Notes under the pieces: model-generated
Seen by the model: the letters and a program-made list of their open reading frames with translations, nothing else
Databases searched by the model: none
What the model was told of the DNA's origin: nothing
Program-made: the position numbers and the translations under genes
From: Planctomycetota bacterium
GTDB taxonomy: Bacteria > Planctomycetota > PLA2 > JAEUHO01
Assembly (NCBI GenBank): GCA_965222115.1
Contig: CBDCTJ010000007.1
Location: forward strand, 320,001 to 384,000
Direction: 5' to 3'
DNA length: 64,000 nucleotides
Shown: in pieces, positions 54,840 through 64,000 of the stretch
How the letters are laid out: each line of letters opens with the position of its first letter
Position numbering within the stretch: the stretch's first letter is position 1

Positions 54840-55826
54840 ATGGAACACGGTTGGCGCGATCAGGGATTTGAGACTGCCGTTTCGCACGAGGCAATTGCAA
54901 CGGCATGCAGCCAAGTGATTCCGGACGCCACGCTTGTCGAGGCCAAACGCCTTCGCGGTGGTCTGGTGAACGTCAATACGCGCGTAACGCTTGAGACCGG
55001 AGGCGAATCCACGAACTACGTCTTGCGGGGCTTCGTGCGGGATGGGCAAGCCGCCGCGAAAGAAGCAACGCTACTTGCTCGTATGGCAACTCACATTCCC
55101 GTCGCCAACGTCCACGGCCACACAACGCTTGACGTCGGGACCGCAAGAGGCCATCGGGCGGTCCCGGCCCTGTTGCTTTCGTTTGTCAAGGGCAAGCGCT
55201 TGGCTGACCTGATATCTATGTTCGCACCCAAGGTACAAGCTAGAGCAGGACGCCAACTGGGCACCATCGCCGCATCCATTCACGCGCATACCAACTCTGA
55301 AATGGGTATGTTGGATGCCGAGGGAAACGTGACGCATCCGATGCCGGGCGTGGTCAATGCGTGGCAACACGAATTCGATGCGCGCATCAGTGATCCGCAA
55401 TGCAGCGAGCGATTGACCGAACCCCTTGCGAGGGCGCTACGCGTGACCATGGCGGATGAGGTGCCGCGGCTGCGCGAGATTGATGGTTCCTACTCGCTAC
55501 TGCATGCCGACTTCAAACCGACCAATGTGTTGGTAAATGACGATGGGCATGTGCAAGCACTACTCGACTGGGAGTTCGCATGGTCGGGTCCGCCGTTGTT
55601 CGATATCGGTCAAATGCTCCGCTACGAAACACCGGAAACCTTTCAAGACGCGCTTATCACTTCATACGTGACGGGCGGCGGTCAGTTATCGCCGAACTGG
55701 CGCCGGTATTCGCAGACGCTGGACGCGCTGAACCTCATTCAGTTCCTCACGCGACCCAGTCTTTCGACCCAACAAGTGCGCGACATTAGGGCACTACTTA
55801 CGGCATTTGTGCATTCGCGTGCGTAA
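54840..55826 (+). CDS. Aminoglycoside phosphotransferase / choline kinase family protein
   Basis: GGL.N.N, YVLR, LLHADFKPTNVL, LLDWEFA..G..LFDIG. Confidence 0.85.
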   Translation: MEHGWRDQGFETAVSHEAIATACSQVIPDATLVEAKRLRGGLVNVNTRVTLETGGESTNYVLRGFVRDGQAAAKEATLLARMATHIPVANVHGHTTLDVGTARGHRAVPALLLSFVKGKRLADLISMFAPKVQARAGRQLGTIAASIHAHTNSEMGMLDAEGNVTHPMPGVVNAWQHEFDARISDPQCSERLTEPLARALRVTMADEVPRLREIDGSYSLLHADFKPTNVLVNDDGHVQALLDWEFAWSGPPLFDIGQMLRYETPETFQDALITSYVTGGGQLSPNWRRYSQTLDALNLIQFLTRPSLSTQQVRDIRALLTAFVHSRA

Positions 55827-55886
55827 GCGTCAGGCTGAGTAGCTTTGCACCGGTCTACAATGAACGACCATCCGTAGGGAGTACCC

Positions 55887-56630
55887 ATGACGAAACCACA
55901 ACGCGGCGTCGTTGCCCGTCTTGAAGAACGGGAATCTCAGAATTCACGTGTCGCGTTGTCGCGCCGGTCCCTGGGCCGTCGCGTGGCGCTTGCATCTGCG
56001 GCTGCGTGGGTCACTTCGTTGTGGCACACGCCCGGCGCATTCGCCGAGGCCCTGGTTGAGACACCGCACCAAACCGAAGGACCCTTCTTCCCCGACCGGC
56101 TTCCGCGCGACACGGACAACGATCTACTTCGCATCAATGACGCCATTCGACCCAGTGTCGGCGTCATTACGCACATGGACGGTACCGTTCGAAGTGCCGC
56201 AGGCACGCCACTTCGAAACGCCACGGTCGAGATTTGGCAAACGGATAACAACGGCGCTTATCTGCACACTCGTTCAGACAACGCCGCAAAGCGTGATCCT
56301 CACTTTCAAGGCTATGGCCGTTTCCTCACGGGCATGGACGGGCGCTACTCGTTTCGCACGATTCGTCCCACGCCGTATCCGGGACGCGTACCGCATATTC
56401 ACGTGGCGGTCACCTATAAAAACCGCCGTGTCCTCACAACGCAATGCTATATCGCGGGCTACAAGGGCAACGCGCGCGATGGGATATTGCAGTCGATTCG
56501 CGACCCCAAGGCACGCGCGTCGGTCATCGTTCCGTTTTCGCCGGTCAAGGGGTCGCGGCTGGGCGAACTGCACGCGCGCTTCGACATGGTGGTAGGCGTG
56601 ACGCCCACCGAAGGTCCTACGAAGAAATAA
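55887..56630 (+). CDS. Intradiol ring-cleavage dioxygenase family protein with a Tat-like leader
   Basis: SRR leader, TEGPFFP, VEIWQ....GAYLH, FQGYG, FRTIRP.PYPGR.PHIH (two Tyr and two His iron ligands present). Confidence 0.9.
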   Translation: MTKPQRGVVARLEERESQNSRVALSRRSLGRRVALASAAAWVTSLWHTPGAFAEALVETPHQTEGPFFPDRLPRDTDNDLLRINDAIRPSVGVITHMDGTVRSAAGTPLRNATVEIWQTDNNGAYLHTRSDNAAKRDPHFQGYGRFLTGMDGRYSFRTIRPTPYPGRVPHIHVAVTYKNRRVLTTQCYIAGYKGNARDGILQSIRDPKARASVIVPFSPVKGSRLGELHARFDMVVGVTPTEGPTKK

Positions 56631-56686
56631 CGACTCACGCCGCACGCCTTGGGTGGCACCGCGACGACTGCGACACGTCTATTGAC

Positions 56687-56720
56687 AAAAAAGAAACCGG
56701 CCGGGAACACCCGGCCGGTT
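56687..56720 (-). terminator. Rho-independent terminator of the RRM gene
   Basis: Minus strand reads AACCGGCCGGG-TGTT-CCCGGCCGGTT-TCTTTTTT. Confidence 0.85.
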
Positions 56721-56765
56721 GACGGTCGCCCGTGCATGTCACGGACGAAAACTGTTATTAGCGGA

Positions 56766-57086
56766 CTACCAACGGTTGTTGCGATAACCGCCGCCACCGC
56801 CACCGCCGCGATACCCACCGCCACCGCCACGCGATTCGCGGGGCTTGGCAACGTTGACGCGAAGGTTACGACCATCGAGGTCCTGGCCATCCATTCCCTG
56901 AATGGCTCGCTGAGCCTCGTCGGCGCTGCCCATTTCGACAAAGGCAAAGCCTCGCGGGCGCCCCGTCTCACGATCGGTGATCACATTGACACTGGTCACG
57001 GTGCCAAAGCTAGAGAACGCTTCGGTGATATCGTCCTCGGTGCTGTTGAAAGAAAGGTTGCCCACATAGAGCTTGTTTTGAGACAT
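56766..57086 (-). CDS. RRM RNA-binding protein with Gly-rich tail
   Basis: RNP2 LYVGNL, RNP1 RGFAFVEM, GRNLRVN.A.PR, GGGG tail. Confidence 0.97.
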   Translation of the reverse strand: MSQNKLYVGNLSFNSTEDDITEAFSSFGTVTSVNVITDRETGRPRGFAFVEMGSADEAQRAIQGMDGQDLDGRNLRVNVAKPRESRGGGGGYRGGGGGGGYRNNRW

Positions 57087-57452
57087 AGAAACGTGAATCC
57101 TTGAACCTGCTCCGCGCGTGGTTGTTCACCGCCACACAGAGACTCTTACGTAAATGACAAAGCCGCCAAAGCAACCGAGCTGAAGAATGCGGACCTGTTC
57201 CGCTGCAACATGCCGATGACCGAAAGGAGAGCTGTCGTCAAAAATCCTATCGCAGCCCGGTGGCGCGGGGCGACCAATTCAGTCCTGGTTTGTCGTTCCG
57301 CGCCTAGCAAACGCGCTAACTTACGAGTCGCAGGCCAGTTACCTCGCTCCAGGTGGTTGATGAAGAGCGCTGATTCTCCCATTTCGAGGTCGCGAGGCGC
57401 GCGTTTTCGTTGAATTGGGTAGGCTTCCTGTGCATACGCGGAGAATCCCGGC

Positions 57453-59972
57453 ATGACATCCAACGACGCCGACCCGAGCCCGGGTGACCCGCTCATCGGC
57501 GAAACGGTTGGCGGGGCAGTCGTGCGGCGCCGCCTGGGTGCGGGTGGCATGGGGCTTGTGTACGAGGCCTGGCAGGAGCCGCCCGGCCGTTGCGTGGCCC
57601 TCAAACTCATGCGCGACGCACTGAGTGATGACGAGGCGCGCGTTCGTTTTCGGCACGAGGCGCGTGTACTCGCATCCATTAAACATCCGTCGGTCGCGCA
57701 AATCTATAGCGCCGGGACGCATACAAGTGCAACGGAGATTCCCTACTTTTTGATGGAGTACATCGACGATGCGCTGCCCATCACGGATTATGTTGCGGCG
57801 CACGCACTGACGCCTCGCGATATTCTTCGGTTGGGCGCACGCATTTGTCATGCCGTACAAGCGGGGCATACACGCGGCATTATCCATCGCGACTTGAAAC
57901 CGGGCAATATTTTGGTGGATGCACACGGCAATCCGAAAGTGATCGACTTTGGGATCGCGCGCACCACGGAAGACGATAGAGTTGACACCCCCAAGACGAA
58001 AACGGGCCAACTCGTGGGCACCTTGACGTACATGAGTCCCGAGCAATTTGAAGGTGGTTCGTTTGGCTTGGATGTGCGCAGCGATGTTTACGCATTGGGC
58101 GTGATTCTCTACCAACTGCTCACCGGCTCGCTGCCGTATGGAGATAGCGAACTCGGTATGTTGGAGATGGTTGGAGCCATTCAACACAAGACACCGCCGC
58201 CGGCCTCCAAGCTGCGTCCCAAACTCGAACATGATGTGGACGTCATTCTGCAAACCGCGCTCGCCAAAGAACGCCAAGCGCGCTACGCAAGTGCGGAGGC
58301 GTTGGCCACCGACATCGAGCGCTATCTGGCTCGCCAACCCATATTGGCGCGGGCACCGAGTACGCTATATCAACTGCGACTCTTTGCGAAACGCCACAAA
58401 GCTACATTCGCGGCGCTGGTGGCAGGCGGGGCGGCCATTGTGGGTGCACTGATCGCCATTAGCTTCTTTGCCGCAAGTGAATCCAAGGCTCGTGCCCGCG
58501 CAGAAGTCGAAGCCCAACGCGCCACAAAGCTACTCCACGCAAGCACCAATTTCATTCCGGACGTTGCCAACCACGTTAACTACAAGCTAGGGGCGATTGC
58601 GGGAACGCTACGTGTACGTCGGCTCATGGCGGAACGACTACAACAACTCACGGAGGAACTCTCCTCGGTGGAAGGGCACGACAACGACCCGCACGTGGCA
58701 CATGCCCTAGGAACCGTAGACGTCGTTGTGGGTCATGTGCTGGGTGGCGTAGGCGGTGCGAACTTGGGATCACGCGTGGATGCCGTAGCGCACCTGGAGC
58801 AGGCGGCCAGTCATTTTGAGCGCGCCCTTCGCGCCGACCCCGACAATGCAACATTTCTTGGCTCTCTGGTCTCTACACGCCTCGATCTCGTTCGACACAT
58901 CGTGAACGCCGGCGACCGCGCACGGGGGCGGTCCATTTTGGAGGGCACCGCGCCGTTACTTGATCGCTGGAAGCAAAGCACGCCGGAGGACACCATGGCG
59001 AACGTAAGCGCGATCGACTTTACGCGGGCGGATGCGCGTCTGGATTGGTTGGACGACAATCGCGAACTCGCGCTTCAAAAGTACGAGCGTGCCGCGCGTG
59101 AGCTCCGCGATGTACCCACTGGGAATCTGCCCGCCTCTCACCAACAAACGTTGAGACTCAGCACAGACCTACGGCTGGCCGAGGTCTACGAGGCCATGGG
59201 TCGCCGTGAGGATGCCGCGCGCCACTTTGCGCTGCTACGGGCGCAAGCCAAAACGATCGATCCCCAATCCTCCAATCGTGGAGCACTGGAACTCTTGTGG
59301 AACATTGAGCATGTACTCGGCGGGCGTGCCATCAACGAAGGCGACCTCGAAGAGGCCAAGCTGCACTTGGAACGAGCCATCGCCTACGCACGACGTATGC
59401 AGAAGCGAAACGAAGGTGACGTTACGGGTCATGGATACGAGTATGACTCGCGCGGTCTCCTCGCCTCGGTCCATGAAAAGCTTGGTGAGAACAAACAGGC
59501 CATTGAGCACCTGCGCGCCGGACTCACCGTCGCTCGGCGAAATTTGAAGAGCGACCCCTCCAACGACGACCTGAAGTGGAACTTGCGGGTTGTATTAACG
59601 CGCCTTGGATCAAATCTTGCCATGCAGAATGAGTTCGACGAGGCGCGCACGTTCCTTGATGAGGCCAACACCATCCAAGCAGACCGCCTCAAGCGCTGGC
59701 CCACGCAAATCGTCGAAGTGACGAGCATGGCGGAGATTGAAAACTCGCTTTCCGTCTTGCTCACTGCCGAAGCTGTAACCATGACGGATTCTACAGCGGC
59801 CGCAAAACAGGTGGAGCGCGCCATCGACACGATGCAGCGTGCGGTGAATCGCCTTAAGCAGCTTGATGCCGAAGGCAAACTGCCTCCGCTCGATCAACGC
59901 AATGTGACATCCTGGACGAAGTTCATCGACTACTTGAAGGAGCTAAAGGGGAAGCTAACGGCTGCGAAGTAG
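57453..59972 (+). CDS. Ser/Thr protein kinase with a TM helix and TPR-like C-terminal region
   Basis: LGAGGMG.VY, VALK, HRDLKPGN, DFG, GTLTYMSPEQ, SDVYALG, followed by a TM segment and helical repeats. Confidence 0.94.
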   Translation: MTSNDADPSPGDPLIGETVGGAVVRRRLGAGGMGLVYEAWQEPPGRCVALKLMRDALSDDEARVRFRHEARVLASIKHPSVAQIYSAGTHTSATEIPYFLMEYIDDALPITDYVAAHALTPRDILRLGARICHAVQAGHTRGIIHRDLKPGNILVDAHGNPKVIDFGIARTTEDDRVDTPKTKTGQLVGTLTYMSPEQFEGGSFGLDVRSDVYALGVILYQLLTGSLPYGDSELGMLEMVGAIQHKTPPPASKLRPKLEHDVDVILQTALAKERQARYASAEALATDIERYLARQPILARAPSTLYQLRLFAKRHKATFAALVAGGAAIVGALIAISFFAASESKARARAEVEAQRATKLLHASTNFIPDVANHVNYKLGAIAGTLRVRRLMAERLQQLTEELSSVEGHDNDPHVAHALGTVDVVVGHVLGGVGGANLGSRVDAVAHLEQAASHFERALRADPDNATFLGSLVSTRLDLVRHIVNAGDRARGRSILEGTAPLLDRWKQSTPEDTMANVSAIDFTRADARLDWLDDNRELALQKYERAARELRDVPTGNLPASHQQTLRLSTDLRLAEVYEAMGRREDAARHFALLRAQAKTIDPQSSNRGALELLWNIEHVLGGRAINEGDLEEAKLHLERAIAYARRMQKRNEGDVTGHGYEYDSRGLLASVHEKLGENKQAIEHLRAGLTVARRNLKSDPSNDDLKWNLRVVLTRLGSNLAMQNEFDEARTFLDEANTIQADRLKRWPTQIVEVTSMAEIENSLSVLLTAEAVTMTDSTAAAKQVERAIDTMQRAVNRLKQLDAEGKLPPLDQRNVTSWTKFIDYLKELKGKLTAAK

Positions 59973-60018
59973 GCGTATACGCCGCGAGTCTACGACCCTC
60001 CCTATCGAAGATGGGCGT

Positions 60019-63000
60019 ATGATCCCGCGCATGTGGGCGCGTGTTCTCGATCTCCGACCCGGTGAAGGCCGGCGCTTGCTGTTGCTCGGCGGGCATTTCT
60101 TTTTGCTACTGTCAGGGCTCACGATGCTTGCTACGGCGGCGCAGTCCATCTTCTTGAGTCTTCATCCCGGCGAACGCTCTCCTCTTACCTACATCGTTGG
60201 AGCGATCACCACTGTGGTCGCCGCATTGGCCTACGGCAACGCGGTCAACACGATGCGTCCGCGACGCGCTTCGCTCGTAGCCACCGCGGTGATCGTGGCA
60301 GCCATCGCGTTGCTGGGCACATGGATCGAGATTTGGCCCACGGCGGGGTCATTCATGGTGTATGGCCTCGCACCGGGCTTCGGTGTGATTGTGGGGATGG
60401 AGAGCGCGGGGCTCGTAACGCGGGTACTTGATGGCCGCGAAGCGCGCAGGCTCTACCCAGCGATCTCTGGCATGGGTGGCATCGGTGCCACCATCGGATC
60501 GCTGCTGGTGGCATTGTTGTCACCCATGCTTGGAGCCAAGCCCGTATTCTGGCTGTCGAGCGTGTTCTTCTTATTGGCGCTTCCGGTTGCGTTTCAAGCG
60601 CGCGGTCCGAAACGTACACGTGGTCGCAAGCAAGCCCCGGTGTCGTGGCGCGCTCTCTTCGAGCATCGCTTCAGCGTCACGCTGATGGTGCTTGTATCGC
60701 TATCCGGTGTTCTATCTACGTGCGCAAAATTTGTCCTCGATGCCTCCCTCAAAGCCACGCTCCCCACAGAGGAAATCGCTCCGTATCTGGGGAAGCTATA
60801 TAGCGCACTCAACGCGGTGTCCATTCTGTTTGGTTTTCTCATTACGCGTCGGATTGTGGGCAAACTTGGGGTGGGTTGGGGGCTCCTGATCTACCCATTG
60901 CTCTTGGGTGTGCTCGGTGTGGGCGGGCTCCTGCTGCCTGGACTTGCGTTCGCGTCGGCCACGCTCTTTTCGGAACGACTCTTCCGCCAAAATCTGCAAC
61001 GCCCCTTGATCAATATCGCCACCATGCCCATGCCGTCGGGACTCGCGGCTCGCGCCAACGTTGCCATTCGGGGGGCGATTGAGAATCCCGCGGTGGTCCT
61101 GACTTCGCTCGCACTGCTGGGGCTCTCACGCGTCTTGCCGTGGAGTGCGGTGTTTGGCATCGTAGCGGCGGCGGGTGCCTTGGGCGGTCTCGCGGCGTGG
61201 CGTGCCAAGCGACTCTATGTTGGCGAACTAACGGCGGCGCTGCGTACACGACGACTGCGCACGCGCGACCACGATGCACTGCCTCCACTCGACGCCAAGG
61301 CGCGCGCTCTGCTCCACGAACAACTCGCAAGTGCGTCGCCCGAACGCGTCGCACTCGCGATCGAACTCCTGCGCGGGCATACAAACGCCGAGACGTTGAC
61401 CATCATGCGCGCGCAGTGGGGCGCGTGGCCGGAATGGGTTCGAACGGCCGCATTCGATACGTTGGCGTCCAGTCGCACACCGGGTGTGGGTGACCTTGTC
61501 GGGTCGGTGGTGCCCGGCAACTCGATGCAGGCGAGTATTGCGCAGCTCAACTGCCCGCAGTGGAACCCGCCGGTTGAACTACTAAACGCCCAACTCAATC
61601 AAGCACCATCGCTTGCCGCCGCGGCTGCAACGCGACTACTTGACCACCCGCACGAAGCGGAACGCGTACAAGCGCTTGTCGATGGGTGGTTGCATTCGAA
61701 ACGCCCGACGCTGGTGTCGGCGGCCATTGACGTAATGAGCGCCCGAGGTGGCGAAGGCGATCTCGCGCGCATTGTCGAACACAAAGACCAAGCTATTGAT
61801 GCCGCGCTGCGAGCAGCAACGAAGCGGCCTATGCCCGAACTTGCCGACGATGCTGTGGCGCATCTTGCCCACGATGAACTTGGTGCCATCGCGAACCACG
61901 CGCTGGAGCGTCTCGGCGAACGTGCGACAACGGCATTGACAAAGGCCCGTGCGGGTGCGGAGCGTGAAGCCGCGTATCGCTTGCTGCTGTCGTTCGAACG
62001 CGGAGATGCACACGCGCATGTACACGCGGCACTGTCGAGTAGCGATTCAAGTCTGCGAAGCGACGCGATGCATGCCTTGATCGGTACCGGGCGTCACGAC
62101 AACGGAGCAATGCTCGCTGCCATTGACCGCGCGCTCGAGCACACGTATGCGGATTGCGAGTCCATTCGCCCCGTCACGGACGAAAGCAATACCCAAGCAG
62201 CTATCGATCGAGCGGTGGCACTTGACGACGCGCTGTCGAAGACCTTTCTCTTGTTGTCATTGCGATACCCCGGCGTGCCGCTGCGGCGTATGTACTTGTC
62301 ACTTTCAAGTGGCGATGATGCCGAACGCAGTTTCGCCGTCGAAGCGCTTGACGAGGCGCTGCGCTCTCCGTGGCGAGAGCGCATCATGCCACTGCTGGAG
62401 GCGCTCCATGTGGATGCGACGCCCATCGCAACGCGGCGAGCCACAAGAGACGTCGAGACGGCACACGATGCCATTGCTTCGTGTGCATTGTTTCGGGGAC
62501 TTGCGAGCCGTGACATCCAAGCGATCGCCGCATTCGCCAACGAGTCGTGCGCCGACGAACAGGGCGCTGCATTCTGGATTGGGAAGGATGACGTGATGGG
62601 TCTTGAGCAGGCGCTAGTCGATGGCGCCTGCGTGTCGATGCCAGACATTGAACCGGCATGGGCGCTTCCTCTGGACTCACTATGGACGCTGTTTCAATCG
62701 CGTCCCTACGCGGGGCGCATTTGGCTGCGCAATCTGCAAGCGCGCACAATGAAGGCGCCACACGATGCACCCGACGTTTCGCACAGTGCGCTGTCCATTG
62801 CGTCGATGCCGATGGCGGACGACATGGAGCGCGGCGGTGATCTCGCCGTGTGGCAAGCCGTGTTCTACTTGCGATTCGTTCCACTATTTGCTTCGTTTCC
62901 CGCGCCGCTCTTACGCCGGGTGGCCTCGGTATCTCGGTTGTTGCGTGTATCGCCCGGCAAACGATTGATTCACGAAACGCGACCCGCCGGGCATGCGTAC

Positions 63001-63258
63001 GTAATTTGTGCCGGCACATTCGAAGCCACGGTTCGCGGACAACGCGGGGACACACTGCAAGTGGGCGACGCGTGCGGACTGCGTGCGTTGTTCTCCGGCC
63101 GCAGTCACCCCATGACGGTTACGGCGACGAGCGAAGGCGAAGTTCTGGCGATGGACCGAGTGGATTTCGCGGACCTCATCGCTGCCCACCCCGCCCTGCT
63201 GCCCGCGCTCTCAACATGGATGGCCGCCCAGTCGAATCCACACGAGCCCAGAAAATAG
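60019..63258 (+). CDS. NTT/MFS-like membrane protein with HEAT-like repeats and a C-terminal cNMP-binding domain
   Basis: ~12 TM N-terminus with REARRLY..I..GG.G, a helical middle region, and C-terminal LR.VPLF...L, AYVI..G, G...G...LF......TV.A......MDR.DF. Confidence 0.8.
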   Translation: MIPRMWARVLDLRPGEGRRLLLLGGHFFLLLSGLTMLATAAQSIFLSLHPGERSPLTYIVGAITTVVAALAYGNAVNTMRPRRASLVATAVIVAAIALLGTWIEIWPTAGSFMVYGLAPGFGVIVGMESAGLVTRVLDGREARRLYPAISGMGGIGATIGSLLVALLSPMLGAKPVFWLSSVFFLLALPVAFQARGPKRTRGRKQAPVSWRALFEHRFSVTLMVLVSLSGVLSTCAKFVLDASLKATLPTEEIAPYLGKLYSALNAVSILFGFLITRRIVGKLGVGWGLLIYPLLLGVLGVGGLLLPGLAFASATLFSERLFRQNLQRPLINIATMPMPSGLAARANVAIRGAIENPAVVLTSLALLGLSRVLPWSAVFGIVAAAGALGGLAAWRAKRLYVGELTAALRTRRLRTRDHDALPPLDAKARALLHEQLASASPERVALAIELLRGHTNAETLTIMRAQWGAWPEWVRTAAFDTLASSRTPGVGDLVGSVVPGNSMQASIAQLNCPQWNPPVELLNAQLNQAPSLAAAAATRLLDHPHEAERVQALVDGWLHSKRPTLVSAAIDVMSARGGEGDLARIVEHKDQAIDAALRAATKRPMPELADDAVAHLAHDELGAIANHALERLGERATTALTKARAGAEREAAYRLLLSFERGDAHAHVHAALSSSDSSLRSDAMHALIGTGRHDNGAMLAAIDRALEHTYADCESIRPVTDESNTQAAIDRAVALDDALSKTFLLLSLRYPGVPLRRMYLSLSSGDDAERSFAVEALDEALRSPWRERIMPLLEALHVDATPIATRRATRDVETAHDAIASCALFRGLASRDIQAIAAFANESCADEQGAAFWIGKDDVMGLEQALVDGACVSMPDIEPAWALPLDSLWTLFQSRPYAGRIWLRNLQARTMKAPHDAPDVSHSALSIASMPMADDMERGGDLAVWQAVFYLRFVPLFASFPAPLLRRVASVSRLLRVSPGKRLIHETRPAGHAYVICAGTFEATVRGQRGDTLQVGDACGLRALFSGRSHPMTVTATSEGEVLAMDRVDFADLIAAHPALLPALSTWMAAQSNPHEPRK

Positions 63259-63334
63259 GGCGCCCCGAGAATTCTTCGGTTTTCTAGTGACGGTGCGTGG
63301 TGAATGGTTCTTCAGAGGATGAACGGAGGTTTCC

Positions 63335-63499
63335 ATGAACACCTTAATCCTACTCATCGCACTCACCGTCACGATGGCCGGCGGCTCGATACTCGACGCT
63401 GCACTCAAGAACGTTGGAGCGGACACCAGTCAGACATCTCAGCAGCAACAAATTGTTGATGGCGATGGTCCCGGCGCCGGTGGTGGCTACGGCAAGTAG
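63335..63499 (+). CDS. Small secreted peptide (54 aa), not in the ORF track
   Basis: GGAGG at 63325-63329, then MNTLILLIALTVTMAGGSILDAALKNVGADTSQTSQQQQIVDGDGPGAGGGYGK*. Fills the intergenic gap without overlap. Confidence 0.6.
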   Translation: MNTLILLIALTVTMAGGSILDAALKNVGADTSQTSQQQQIVDGDGPGAGGGYGK

Positions 63500-63531
63500 C
63501 ACGCAACGTTTGTTGCATCCATTCGTGACGT

Positions 63532-64000
63532 TCACGTTGCCTGGTTCCGGCGAAACAACCGCCGGAACCAGCTTTCTTTGGCACGGCCCGCAAGAGGGCG
63601 TCCTGCGAGGTACGCCTCGACGTCCTCCAGCAGCGCCGCCGCACTCTCGTAGCGCTTCGCGGGTTCGTGCGCCATAGCGCGATTCACAACGCGCGCCAAG
63701 TCATCGACCTCAGGAAGCGGCTCCGCTGGGGTTGTAGCTACGCGACGTACAACCGCGATGACATTTGAACCCTGAATCGGTGGCGCGCCGCTGAGCAGTG
63801 TGTAGGCCGTTGCGGCCGCGCTGTAGATATCCGTACGCTCGTCGGCCGATTGCCCGCGCGCTTGCTCCGGTGCCATGTAGTTGGGCGTACCCAAAATGGT
63901 GCCGGTCGCCGTGAGACGCGTGGCGACTTCCATGGCACGCGCTAAGCCGAAATCAATCAAGTGCGCGCGTTCATCCAGCCCGAGCACCACGTTGGACGGC
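63532..64000 (-). CDS. Ser/Thr protein kinase, partial (N-terminus beyond the window)
   Basis: PSNV, IDFGLAR, GTPNYMAPEQARG, TDIYS, RY.SA..L..D. Confidence 0.9.
   Translation of the reverse strand, partial: PSNVVLGLDERAHLIDFGLARAMEVATRLTATGTILGTPNYMAPEQARGQSADERTDIYSAAATAYTLLSGAPPIQGSNVIAVVRRVATTPAEPLPEVDDLARVVNRAMAHEPAKRYESAAALLEDVEAYLAGRPLAGRAKESWFRRLFRRNQAT

Noticed and set aside
54840-55826. Aminoglycoside resistance gene
   Set aside because: Only generic APH/choline-kinase motifs are present, with no mobile context; the substrate is unknown.

Overview
A 64-kb window of a GC-rich (~60% by eye) bacterial chromosome. Gene content (TPR Ser/Thr kinases, Tat intradiol dioxygenase, many lipoproteins, RRM protein) suggests a Planctomycetota-like organism, which is inference only. 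From left to right: a large secreted protein running off the left edge and missed by the ORF track; acs; an apparent toxin-antitoxin scar; a rhomboid protease; a classical menaquinone cluster (menF-D-H-B-A, a fused menC-menE, and a convergent DHNA-CoA thioesterase); an aldehyde dehydrogenase; a secreted CxxC-rich protein; a B12-mutase operon (icmF, a single-chain MutA-MutB fusion, meaB); an MscK-like channel; ALDH7; a lipoprotein heme peroxidase; a two-component pair; a metzincin lipoprotein; murU plus an AmgK-RapZ fusion. A lower-GC accessory island at ~41.5-45.7 kb holds three hairpin repeats, a HEAT-like protein and an orphan Rhs core with an unknown C-terminal domain, bracketed by outward-facing IS-type inverted ends, followed by a truncated IS110 recombinase that abuts a REP-like palindrome. 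After it come a sodN / hybrid kinase / receiver / REC-cyclase run, a beta-helix lipoprotein, an FMN reductase, an APH kinase, a dioxygenase, an RRM protein, two Ser/Thr kinases, an NTT/MFS-HEAT-cNMP protein and an unannotated 54-aa peptide. No rRNA, tRNA or CRISPR array was seen. All family calls come from motif recognition, not database searches.
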